Below, piece after piece: positions 45,552 through 54,485 of a stretch of 64,000 bases of DNA (position 1 is the stretch's first letter; every line of letters starts with the position of its first letter). The stretch comes from a virus. Location of the stretch: IMG/VR virus record IMGVR_UViG_3300036766_002289, positions 28,056-92,055 of that record; one strand, 5' to 3'. The position numbers were made by a program, and so were the translations under genes. The notes under the pieces were generated by a model. It did not search any database. It was not told the origin of the DNA and saw nothing but the letters and a program-made list of their open reading frames with translations.

Positions 45552-45788
45552 ATGAAATTTGATTTTAAAAATCGAAAGTATCATAGTCTAAAGATTACAG
45601 CCACCAATCCAAAAGATATTTGGTTAAGTGATGACGAAGGTAATCTAGTCCAAAAAGAAGATGTTTTAATGGATACTAGCTTAATTCCTGGCAATTACTT
45701 TGTTGAGTTTGGGCTTGGCAATAAGCAATACTCAATCAAGCTAGATAAAAATTTAGAATTCAAACAATCAGATTTTGAAGGAAATTAA
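45552..45788 (+). CDS. hypothetical protein
   Basis: ATG 45552 just after the tRNA. Confidence 0.4.
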   Translation: MKFDFKNRKYHSLKITATNPKDIWLSDDEGNLVQKEDVLMDTSLIPGNYFVEFGLGNKQYSIKLDKNLEFKQSDFEGN

Positions 45789-46009
45789 TGGAAGATATAG
45801 ATTCGACTGAAGTAATTGACAATGAATATTGGATAGTTAGTCTTGGGAATGTGGCCGAATTAATGGGTCGGGCGCAGTTAAGTATAGGTAAATCCATTGC
45901 AAGTCCCAACCATGTTCAAGGTGAATTGGCGTTAGCCTTTTTGAAAAAGGCTGTCAGAGAACTTGAAGAAACGCTTGATAAAAATTCAAGCGAACAATCG
46001 AAGGAGTGA
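45788..46009 (+). CDS. hypothetical protein
   Basis: ORF 73 aa. Confidence 0.4.
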   Translation: MEDIDSTEVIDNEYWIVSLGNVAELMGRAQLSIGKSIASPNHVQGELALAFLKKAVRELEETLDKNSSEQSKE

Positions 46010-46012
46010 GTC

Positions 46013-46372
46013 ATGTCCACTGAATTGCGGGCTGCTATCATTACTCTTTTGGAGAATGGTGGTCAGGTAAACATGGACGCTGACCTTGCTTGTTACTCAA
46101 CCCGTGACGGATACTACTTTGTTGAATATTTTCTTAATCCAGATACTGTTGATACCATGAACCTTACTGCCCATGAAAAGAAACTTTTGGATAATGAAGA
46201 AGAGTTGATGGAGATATTTGATAAGCCAGAAGAAGCGGCAGACTTCTACATGAGGCTTACTAATGGCAGAATGATTCCTGTGCCAAGTTATTGCCGTGAT
46301 AAGTCCCCAAAGAAGTCCATCAAGGAAAAAGTTGTTGAAGTAAAAGTTGCAGAAAAAGATGATTATTTCTAG
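46013..46372 (+). CDS. hypothetical protein
   Basis: ggag RBS; ORF 119 aa. Confidence 0.45.
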   Translation: MSTELRAAIITLLENGGQVNMDADLACYSTRDGYYFVEYFLNPDTVDTMNLTAHEKKLLDNEEELMEIFDKPEEAADFYMRLTNGRMIPVPSYCRDKSPKKSIKEKVVEVKVAEKDDYF

Positions 46373-46385
46373 TATATAAGTGTAT

Positions 46386-46457
46386 GCGGCTGTAACTCAA
46401 TGGCAGAGTGCTGGTTTTCCAAGCCAGATGTTGTGGGTTCAAGTCCCATCAGCCGCT
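46386..46457 (+). tRNA. tRNA-Gly(TCC), second diverged copy
   Basis: Acceptor GCGGCTG/CAGCCGC, D-stem ACTC/GAGT, anticodon arm CTGGT-TTTCCAA-GCCAG, T-loop TTCAAGT. Confidence 0.55.
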
Positions 46458-46461
46458 CTGA

Positions 46462-46710
46462 ATGCGAAATCACTGGACAGATAAAAGTGCAATTAAGAGG
46501 TACATAGACCTTCTCGTTAAAGAGGTGGCCAGATTATGTACAGCGGATTACGATACCGTTAGAGAACTGCTTGAGCAAGAAATTGTTAAAAGGCCGTTTT
46601 CTCCAGAAGAAATAGATGAATTGGTTACTGCTAGTGACGACGATATTCTTATAGAAGCTGGAAGAATATACAGTTATCTAACTAAGTCCCAACGTAAAGG
46701 GGTATGGTAA
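46462..46710 (+). CDS. hypothetical protein
   Basis: ORF 82 aa. Confidence 0.4.
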   Translation: MRNHWTDKSAIKRYIDLLVKEVARLCTADYDTVRELLEQEIVKRPFSPEEIDELVTASDDDILIEAGRIYSYLTKSQRKGVW

Positions 46711-46851
46711 TGCCAGAAGGTAAAAGTCTTCTTCAAATTGCTTATATCTGCATAAGTATAATTGCCATTCTATGTGCAATGATATTATCTTGTGTTCTGC
46801 AAGATAAAGATATTTTTATATCTACCTCCATCGTTGTCGCATTTATTGGAT

Positions 46852-47340
46852 TTATGTCTTATATGGGCGATCTTTGGGATTGAGCTTATTCCATAATATC
46901 TTAACTGGCTTTTTGAAATAATGTCCGACAAATCCCCCTATTTGTTTCATGCCAAGTCTTTTTCTTATTGCATTTTCTAAATTTGTTGATTGACACTCGA
47001 CCCTGGTGGTTGAGAAGAACCATATGAATGTCATTGATGGCACAGCAATATACCAAGGTGCGTAAATTGGCAATATAAAGAATGAGCCTAATACCCCAAG
47101 AATTACTAGTATATGTAATGTGACAAGTGTATAAAAGCTAAACCATAGCCATAATGGTGCTGGCGGAATTGGTTTGTCAACGATTCTTCTTAAGCTTGAA
47201 AGGAATTTTTTGGTGATTTCATTATTACTCTTTTTACCGATTTCCTCATCAAGTTTGATGAGCAACTCGGTAAGTTTGTCTTCTGGCAGGTACGTTAATG
47301 CTAGTGCTACGATACGCGGAGAGTCATCGCTTGCTACCAT
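46852..47340 (-). CDS. membrane protein (minus strand)
   Basis: 162-aa ORF with three or four TM segments. Confidence 0.45.
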   Translation of the reverse strand: MVASDDSPRIVALALTYLPEDKLTELLIKLDEEIGKKSNNEITKKFLSSLRRIVDKPIPPAPLWLWFSFYTLVTLHILVILGVLGSFFILPIYAPWYIAVPSMTFIWFFSTTRVECQSTNLENAIRKRLGMKQIGGFVGHYFKKPVKILWNKLNPKDRPYKT

Positions 47341-47385
47341 CTTGGACTCCTTTCAACCTATATAGTAATATGACCTCACGGTTTT

Positions 47386-48189
47386 GTGCAACAGGAAATT
47401 GAAAAAAATATTATGAATAAGATTATCATTAAAAACGAGAAGCAAATAAGAGGTATTCGTAAAAGTTGTCAAATCGCAGCAGCAACTTTAGAATATGCTA
47501 AAAAATCTATTGCTGTAGGAATGACTACAGAAGAATTGGACAGGGCTATAGAAAACTTCATTAGGTCTAAGGGGGCGACTTCAGCGACATTAGAGTATAA
47601 AGGTTTTCATAAAGGTCAGCCAAAATTTCCAAAGAGTTGCTGTATTTCAGTAAATGAAGAAGTCTGTCATGCAATTCCAGATAGCTATATTATCAAAAAC
47701 GGAGACATAGTTAGTATAGATGTAGCTGTTATCTTGAATGGTTATTATGGTGATAATTGTACTACAGTTCCAGTTGGTAACATATCAGATGACGCCAGAC
47801 ATTTGATTGAGGTCGCTAAAAAATGCTTAGATTTAGGAATAAGACAAGTTGCTCCTGGTCGCAAAACTGGTGTGATTGGTCAAGCAATTTATCAATATGC
47901 AATTTTACAGGGCTGTACAATAGTAGAGGAATTTTGTGGTCATGGTGTAGGAATGGCTTTTCATGAACAACCACAAATTCTTCATGTTGCAAAACAAGAT
48001 GATGGTGATATAATGAAGCCTGGGATGATTTTCACCATAGAACCGATGGTCAATTTGGGCGGTCCTGAAGTAATAATGGATAATGATGACCAATGGACCG
48101 TTAGAACCGTGGACCAAAGTTTGTCGGCTCAATTTGAGCATTCGGTTCTGGTAACGACTAATGGATATGAAATACTAACTTTACCATGA
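47386..48189 (+). CDS. map: methionine aminopeptidase (type I)
   Basis: Conserved FCGHGVG, metal-ligand Asp/His/Glu context, overall MAP length. Confidence 0.8.
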   Translation: MQQEIEKNIMNKIIIKNEKQIRGIRKSCQIAAATLEYAKKSIAVGMTTEELDRAIENFIRSKGATSATLEYKGFHKGQPKFPKSCCISVNEEVCHAIPDSYIIKNGDIVSIDVAVILNGYYGDNCTTVPVGNISDDARHLIEVAKKCLDLGIRQVAPGRKTGVIGQAIYQYAILQGCTIVEEFCGHGVGMAFHEQPQILHVAKQDDGDIMKPGMIFTIEPMVNLGGPEVIMDNDDQWTVRTVDQSLSAQFEHSVLVTTNGYEILTLP

Positions 48190-48464
48190 TTTATTTTATA
48201 CTAATGGCCAACTGTTTGTCGATGGGTCTGGGGCTTTATCTCGCATTTGATGGACAATTTGTATTAAGCATCGTTTGTTTATTGATTTCATCAATAGGAT
48301 TTCGTCATCTTTGCATGGAAATTGATAAGCAGGCCCGAAGGAAGAAAAAAGAGAAGAGAATAAAACCAAAACTTGAAAAGTCGAAACCTAAAAAGGTGGA
48401 GAAGGTCAAGGAACAGATGAGTGTGGAAGCTCAACTTAGACTTAATAAGTTCTCCATTAACTAG
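48186..48464 (+). CDS. membrane protein with Lys-rich tail
   Basis: ORF 92 aa. Confidence 0.4.
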   Translation: MIYFILMANCLSMGLGLYLAFDGQFVLSIVCLLISSIGFRHLCMEIDKQARRKKKEKRIKPKLEKSKPKKVEKVKEQMSVEAQLRLNKFSIN

Positions 48465-48472
48465 GGGGCATT

Positions 48473-49231
48473 ATGTTAGAGATTATCGGCTCCGTCGCAA
48501 CTGTTTTGCTTATCATTTTGATTGTTGTCTCTCTTAAAAAGAGTGGCAAAATCGTTTTCATGGGCAGGTCTGAGAAAATAGATTTTGAAAAAGACATTAC
48601 TACCATTCCACCGATCCCCATATCTGCGGCCACTTGTAGCCATAGCTGGGATATAGTAGATGATAAATTGCTAGAAATGCCGCATGAGAAGAAGCATGTC
48701 CTGGTATTACAATGCCGTACTTGCGGAATGTTAGATAAGACTATGGCAGTGACTAGCACTGCGCCCAAACCGCTCCCACCCCCGCCGCTACCACCATGTA
48801 ATCATAGTTGGGTTGCAGTAACTGATAATACGCTTGATGTAGCACACGAAAAGAAAATTGTTGTTATCTTAACCTGCAAGAATTGTGGGGCTATAGAGAA
48901 GACTGTTGAGACCACTAGCAAAGCACCCCCGCCACCACAAGTTCCACTTCCAAAGGCTGAATGCCGCCATAAATGGGAAGTGGAAAAGAGAGTGTTGCTA
49001 GATTCTGCATACGAGCAAATGTTAGAGAGCATTAAGGTTAAGACAAGTTCTTATAGTAGTGCCAAAAAGGTTGACCCAAGTAAAGAATTAGATTTGGATT
49101 TAAATAAGGCACCAACTTGGATGTTTCAAAAGACTTATGTGTGTATCAGGGTTTGCACGTTATGTGGCGAGATTGATAAGACAATAGCTTCGAATTTTGA
49201 TAAAGAAGAAAACGAGGAGGAGATATCATGA
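48473..49231 (+). CDS. membrane-anchored protein with three internal C-x-H-x-W...C-x2-C-G repeats separated by Pro-rich linkers
   Basis: Repeats CSHSWDIV..CRTCG, CNHSWVAV..CKNCG, CRHKWEVE..CTLCGE. Confidence 0.5.
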   Translation: MLEIIGSVATVLLIILIVVSLKKSGKIVFMGRSEKIDFEKDITTIPPIPISAATCSHSWDIVDDKLLEMPHEKKHVLVLQCRTCGMLDKTMAVTSTAPKPLPPPPLPPCNHSWVAVTDNTLDVAHEKKIVVILTCKNCGAIEKTVETTSKAPPPPQVPLPKAECRHKWEVEKRVLLDSAYEQMLESIKVKTSSYSSAKKVDPSKELDLDLNKAPTWMFQKTYVCIRVCTLCGEIDKTIASNFDKEENEEEIS

Positions 49232-49406
49232 GCGAATTTACTTGGCCTTGGGAATGGGATTGGAATTGGCCTTTTGCCGCTATTTGTGGCGTTGGTCTGT
49301 TTGTCCTTGGAATCGTTCTACATCTTGTCTGTTTTCCTGGTATTGCTGCCATTATTATCGGCGGTGTAGTTGGTGCTTTTGCAGGAACTTATGAGTGGTT
49401 TGAACT

Positions 49407-49712
49407 ATGAAATCTCCATCAGTTTGCCCATGTTGCGGGCTTACTTGTTTCCAGGGACGGTTTAAGATATGTAAGAAAGAACATTGGGATTATCCTGATG
49501 ATGGTGCTGAAGTATGGTGCCAGTTTTGTAATACATGGTTTATGTGGAATGAAGAGAAACAGATTGCAAAAGTGATAGAGACCGCATTCCCGCGTGGCCA
49601 TAGGGGTAATAAGGGTGAGATTGTCGGCAAGCCGATTAAAGTTTTAGCAACGGCTGAATGGGATATGGTGTCGCAACAAAGAACCGACCAAGAAGACCTT
49701 ATCTGGGAGTAA
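49407..49712 (+). CDS. Cys-rich hypothetical protein
   Basis: CPCCG..C...CQFCN. Confidence 0.4.
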   Translation: MKSPSVCPCCGLTCFQGRFKICKKEHWDYPDDGAEVWCQFCNTWFMWNEEKQIAKVIETAFPRGHRGNKGEIVGKPIKVLATAEWDMVSQQRTDQEDLIWE

Positions 49713-49715
49713 ACT

Positions 49716-50060
49716 ATGAGTACGTTCAGTAGAGATATGGGTGAGTGTGTTTTGTACACGTTACTTAATCTTTCAGATGATAAAAATAACAATGATGGTC
49801 TACCGACCGAAATGGCTGGTTGGGTGAAAGAAAAAATTGAAGCTTTTGTTGTAAGTCCATACTCAGACATGGAGTTATATGATTTTCTTGATAGCGTAGC
49901 GAGGATTCCAATTGAAAGATTTGGTGGTGGTTGCGTAGGAGATATTAGTGGATTCATCCAGGCAGCGTGTGATGTTAAAAAATGTTATGACCGTCCCGAA
50001 GATGGTGATAAGAAGTTTCTTGATAAGGAAGAATGTAGGAAAAAATTGGAGAAAAGATGA
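49716..50060 (+). CDS. hypothetical protein
   Basis: ORF 114 aa. Confidence 0.4.
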   Translation: MSTFSRDMGECVLYTLLNLSDDKNNNDGLPTEMAGWVKEKIEAFVVSPYSDMELYDFLDSVARIPIERFGGGCVGDISGFIQAACDVKKCYDRPEDGDKKFLDKEECRKKLEKR

Positions 50061-50485
50061 CAGGCATATTTGGATTTTTTGAAGAATACAGGTTCCTTTC
50101 TAACTTTTACCCAGCCAAAGTTGAGTTCGATGGTCTGGAGTACAGTTCCACCGAACACGCATACCAAGCCGCTAAAACGGATGACCCTGCTGAAAGACGT
50201 AGAATCAGGGAAACCCAGAAATTTGGCGAAGCTAAGAGATTAGGAAAAAAAGTCAAGATACGTCCTGATTGGGAAAAGGTTAAGTTCGAAGTAATGGAGG
50301 ACTTAGTAAGACAGAAGTTTACTAAGCATAAAGAGTTAAAGGAAAAGCTCTTGGAAACAGGCGACCAATACTTAGAAGAGACAAACACTTGGGGCGATAA
50401 AATTTGGGGAGTCTGCAAAGGTGTAGGGCAGAATCATCTTGGGAAAATCCTAATGAAAATTAGGGGAGAATTAAGAAATGAGTGA
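50057..50485 (+). CDS. NADAR (YbiA/DUF1768) domain protein
   Basis: FLSNFYPA..F.G..YSSTEHAYQAAK signature. Confidence 0.6.
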   Translation: MTGIFGFFEEYRFLSNFYPAKVEFDGLEYSSTEHAYQAAKTDDPAERRRIRETQKFGEAKRLGKKVKIRPDWEKVKFEVMEDLVRQKFTKHKELKEKLLETGDQYLEETNTWGDKIWGVCKGVGQNHLGKILMKIRGELRNE

Positions 50486-50768
50486 TATTCAAACAGGGAT
50501 TCGCTATACTATTCAACGACAGGGATTTAGTTATGATGAAGAAGAAAGGGAATGGACAACTTGTTATCATGAGGGTAACTTGATTGACACTCCAGACCGT
50601 GAATGGATTGCAGCTATGATGGAGTTTTTATCTAAAACAGAAAGAAAATCTTATCGTTTCCGTATATTGAAAATTGAGACGAGTGTTATAGGCATGGACA
50701 CGATTAGGGAAGCAATTATTGCGGACCTTGTTAAGTCTGCATATGGGGATCAATCTAAGCCCCATTAA
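50478..50768 (+). CDS. hypothetical protein
   Basis: ORF 96 aa. Confidence 0.4.
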   Translation: MSDIQTGIRYTIQRQGFSYDEEEREWTTCYHEGNLIDTPDREWIAAMMEFLSKTERKSYRFRILKIETSVIGMDTIREAIIADLVKSAYGDQSKPH

Positions 50769-51081
50769 GAAAATCTTTATACCTGTCTTTAAGCTCTTGA
50801 TAGTTTTTCTTTTTTTGGGTGCCCTGTCGGAATAGGCAAAGAATAATTGTACTAAAGAAATTGTAGGCTTTGCCTTTTTCTCTGTCATATCTTGGCAGTT
50901 TGTCGAAACAAATCATGACTGCTTCTTGGATATAGTCATCTCGGTCGGTGAGTATTTTCTTAATGTCTAAACCATTAACTATTCGCTCTGCGACCCAATA
51001 AAAAGCTTCGCAGAGCTTGTCTTCACTTATTTTATTATCTAAAAAATCAGAAACTGCTTGTTCAAATTCTGAAGCATTCAT
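50755..51081 (-). CDS. minimal sigma-factor-like protein (sigma70 region 2 only; T4 gp55-like)
   Basis: IQEAVMICFDKLPRYDREKGKAYNFFSTIILCLFRQ resembles sigma70 region 2.1-2.2; minus strand. Confidence 0.45.
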   Translation of the reverse strand: MNASEFEQAVSDFLDNKISEDKLCEAFYWVAERIVNGLDIKKILTDRDDYIQEAVMICFDKLPRYDREKGKAYNFFSTIILCLFRQGTQKKKNYQELKDRYKDFLNGA

Positions 51082-51461
51082 GAATTAAGATAGTGCGATA
51101 ATATCTTTAATTACTTTTTCTAGTAATTTTTCCTTTTTAGCTTCGTCTACATTGTATAGTAAACCATTGAGTTTAGTGACCCACTGTTCAAGTTGGTTGA
51201 CGATTAATGCATCATCTTGACTTGTCGTCAAATCCACATTGTTATTGGTGAGGGCGGCAATCTCCTCAGTCTTATTCTGTGTGAGCCATTCGTTAAATTT
51301 CATACTTTATTTATATTAACCATATATATTTTAATGAAGAATTATTGGCTAGATCGAAGAAAAGAGAAAAAAGAAAGTAAAAGCTGGAATGTAGCCGATT
51401 TTAATCGGATTCTTTTGAATAAAATGAGGCAAGCTCAATTGAACAAAATAAGAAAAAAACC

Positions 51462-51884
51462 TTAGATGAATATAATTGCGGCTGCAATAGTATTAAAGTA
51501 AAGAGTGCCTTTTAGACCAATAGCCGTGTTGTTTTCATGCATATTTTCCTGAACATCTATATTATGATACATGATTTCTAGGAATATTTTCTTCTGCCAG
51601 AGTGGTTCTCTTGCTGTAGCCATTAGTTTTTGCAACATTCCGTTAATATGTTCTTTGTTCTTAGCGACGGCAGAACCTTTAGCCTCAAGGTTCATTTGCA
51701 GTCCTTGCGTAGCTCTTTCTTCAGTAATTAAATCGAATTTTAAGTCATTAATGCCGAATCCATTGATTTTTGGGATTTGACTCAATGATTGGTTAATAAC
51801 AATCTGAATTTCTCTCATGGCTTCTTTGCCTTCTGGAGAGATGTTTTCTACCAACCTATTCTCGATGTATTGCTGAAAGTCCAT
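51462..51884 (-). CDS. hypothetical protein (minus strand)
   Basis: ORF 140 aa. Confidence 0.45.
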   Translation of the reverse strand: MDFQQYIENRLVENISPEGKEAMREIQIVINQSLSQIPKINGFGINDLKFDLITEERATQGLQMNLEAKGSAVAKNKEHINGMLQKLMATAREPLWQKKIFLEIMYHNIDVQENMHENNTAIGLKGTLYFNTIAAAIIFI

Positions 51885-51934
51885 ATTAGTTATATACTAT
51901 TGACGCAGTGCATTTTTTTTGCTACTATTGGGGA

Positions 51935-52825
51935 ATGAGCAATATCTATGAAACAAATGTACCTAATTTTGTTTGCAAACGGGGCAAGGTACGGGACACT
52001 TATGCCTATGGTGATACGATGTTAATCATCGTAACTACCGATAGAATAAGTGCTTTTGATTGGGTATTTCCAAATACCACAATTCGAGATAAAGGAAAAA
52101 TTCTTCAAGGTATATCATCTTATTGGGCTGATGCTTTGAATTTAAGGTATCATGAGATCAATACTGACTTGAACCATCTGCCAGAAGATTTTAGAAAACC
52201 AGAATTTGAAGGCAGGGCAATGTTGGTGGAAAAAGCGGATGTTATCCCTTTTGAATGCGTGGTTCGTGGATACTTAGCTGGTTCAGCATGGAAAGAATAC
52301 AAGCAAACAGGTGAAGTTTGCGGTATTAAGTTGCCAAGCGGTCTTAAAGAAAATCAACATCTTATAAAGCCACTTTTTACACCCGCTACTAAAGCAGAAT
52401 CAGGGCACGATCAAAATGTAACTTTTGACTATATGGCAGGTAAGATTGGTCTTGACTTAGCCGCCGAACTAGAATCTTTGAGTTTGGATATTTATTCAGA
52501 AGCATCCCAGATAGCCTGGAATCGTGGTATCATAATAGCCGATACTAAGTTCGAATTTGGTGTATTGCCACATTCTAGCAATGTATTGATACTGATAGAC
52601 GAAGTTTTAACACCCGATAGCTCTCGTTTCTGGCCATTAGAAGATTATAAATTAGATGGGCCTATTAACTCATTCGATAAACAATTTGTGCGTGATTTCA
52701 TAGAGCAATCAGGGTGGGATAAGAATAGTCCCCCACCAGCATTACCAGAAGACGTTATAATGAAGACTAGGGACAAATACTTAGAAGCTTATGAAAAAAT
52801 AACGGGGCACAGTTTATGCAAATAA
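51935..52825 (+). CDS. purC: phosphoribosylaminoimidazole-succinocarboxamide (SAICAR) synthase
   Basis: TTDRISAFD motif and overall similarity; ATG 51935 chosen over the listed GTG 51908. Confidence 0.8.
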   Translation: MSNIYETNVPNFVCKRGKVRDTYAYGDTMLIIVTTDRISAFDWVFPNTTIRDKGKILQGISSYWADALNLRYHEINTDLNHLPEDFRKPEFEGRAMLVEKADVIPFECVVRGYLAGSAWKEYKQTGEVCGIKLPSGLKENQHLIKPLFTPATKAESGHDQNVTFDYMAGKIGLDLAAELESLSLDIYSEASQIAWNRGIIIADTKFEFGVLPHSSNVLILIDEVLTPDSSRFWPLEDYKLDGPINSFDKQFVRDFIEQSGWDKNSPPPALPEDVIMKTRDKYLEAYEKITGHSLCK

Positions 52826-53050
52826 AAGAATTAGTCCAGAAAATGGAAATCACTGATATCCTCTGTGATATTTGTGATAAAAGTTGTTACCATGAAAATG
52901 GATATACCCCAGAATATGTGTGCATAGATCAGAGTTGGGGTTATTCTTCTAATAAAGATGGCACTAGAACACAATGCGATATTTGTGAAAGCTGTTTTGA
53001 TAAAGTTAAAGACTTTATAGTGAATACTTTAAAAGGAAAGGTAAGAGAAG

Positions 53051-53329
53051 ATGTTCATATGTAATTTTTGTAAGAAATCGGTTCCATGTAGGACACCTTG
53101 TAAGAAAGTAGTTATTCAGACTGTGATGTATCATCATCCACATCGACCAAAGGTGCATCGTAAATGGATATTGGACAAGCAAGGTAAGCCCAGACTTGAT
53201 TGGTTAGATGATAAGGGCGGAATTGGTCCGCAAATCGCTGTTGAAGTCCCAGCATGTCCAACCTGTGGCTTGGAACAAGAACTTAAGAGAGAAAAAAGAG
53301 AAACTGAACAATTGAGGCTTATAGGATGA
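53051..53329 (+). CDS. Cys-rich hypothetical protein
   Basis: CNFC..C...CPTCG. Confidence 0.4.
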   Translation: MFICNFCKKSVPCRTPCKKVVIQTVMYHHPHRPKVHRKWILDKQGKPRLDWLDDKGGIGPQIAVEVPACPTCGLEQELKREKRETEQLRLIG

Positions 53330-53468
53330 AAAGTGCTAGAGAAATCGCTGAACATATAGCCTATGTGTTTAATGATTACACTGATTATGACGCAGAATCA
53401 GCAGAGGAGTTTGTTGTAGAAGTCACTTCCATTATAGAAGATTATGTTAAAGACATAAAGGGTGAAAA

Positions 53469-53726
53469 ATGCAAAAAGAAGCAAAAGGAATAGAAGGTTT
53501 TCTTTTAATTTACCCAGATTTTTCGACTGCCGAACCCACTGGTGAAAAAAATAGGTTTGGCCAAGAAAGAGTTAAGTGCAAGGATACAATTGTAGTATTT
53601 CGTGTATACGAAAAACCTGGCACGGGCTTTAAAGATTATGATATTCGTCACCCTGATTTGAAGATTAAGTTGTTAGATGGGGTTTTATACGAAACTGAAG
53701 AAGGAAATTACATTGATTATGAGTGA
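53469..53726 (+). CDS. hypothetical protein
   Basis: ORF 85 aa. Confidence 0.4.
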   Translation: MQKEAKGIEGFLLIYPDFSTAEPTGEKNRFGQERVKCKDTIVVFRVYEKPGTGFKDYDIRHPDLKIKLLDGVLYETEEGNYIDYE

Positions 53727-54054
53727 TAATCCTAATAAACTAAAAGCGATTCTTTTAGAGGCCGCCGACACCGAGACACAAAAGCAATTTGCTAAGATGC
53801 TTGCGGAGCAATGTGCAGTTGCCGACCGTGAAGCTAAGGATCATTATGATTGGTTCTTCATTCCTTCCCCAACAGAATACGAACGTATGAAGAAGTATAA
53901 TCAGGCTCCAGATTATGATAAATGCCCTAAATGCGGTAAAGGTCGTATTATTATAGAGAAACGAACTTGGCCTTTAGGAGATAGTCTTACTCTTAAGTGC
54001 AGATGGAGTGGTGGCGGTTGTGATTTCTCAGAACTAATTTCGGATGATTTATAA
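53677..54054 (+). CDS. hypothetical protein with C-terminal Zn ribbon
   Basis: CPKCG...C..GGGC. Confidence 0.4.
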   Translation: MGFYTKLKKEITLIMSDNPNKLKAILLEAADTETQKQFAKMLAEQCAVADREAKDHYDWFFIPSPTEYERMKKYNQAPDYDKCPKCGKGRIIIEKRTWPLGDSLTLKCRWSGGGCDFSELISDDL

Positions 54055-54485
54055 TGAAAAGTTGGCAGGAACAGTGTGCTGAAATCATTAGTTTCCTAGA
54101 AGACATTTTCAAAGAAACAAAATATCGTATTGTTTTCAGAAAATATGAGACTGACCAAAAAGAAGATGAATGGTTATTCTTTGTTGAATCAATACGTGGC
54201 GATGGTGGACGCCATGATGGGACTGCGATTACATGGGTGAGTGTTGGTGGCAAAAACATAGAAGAATTGCCTGGTTTGTTGCTTCTGAAAGCACAACAAC
54301 GTGTTAATGAATGGCAGCAAGAAGGTCTAAAAGAAGTGGAAAAGAAAGCTTTAGAATTAGAGAAAGCTAAGAATGAACTAGACAAAAGACTAAACACTAA
54401 GATGGATAGTCTTGCAAAGAGAGTGAACAATGGATGTAAAGCAAGTGATTGTGATTCGCCGCGACCTGAAAATGCGGAGGGGTAA
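54054..54485 (+). CDS. hypothetical coiled-coil protein
   Basis: ORF 143 aa. Confidence 0.45.
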   Translation: MKSWQEQCAEIISFLEDIFKETKYRIVFRKYETDQKEDEWLFFVESIRGDGGRHDGTAITWVSVGGKNIEELPGLLLLKAQQRVNEWQQEGLKEVEKKALELEKAKNELDKRLNTKMDSLAKRVNNGCKASDCDSPRPENAEG

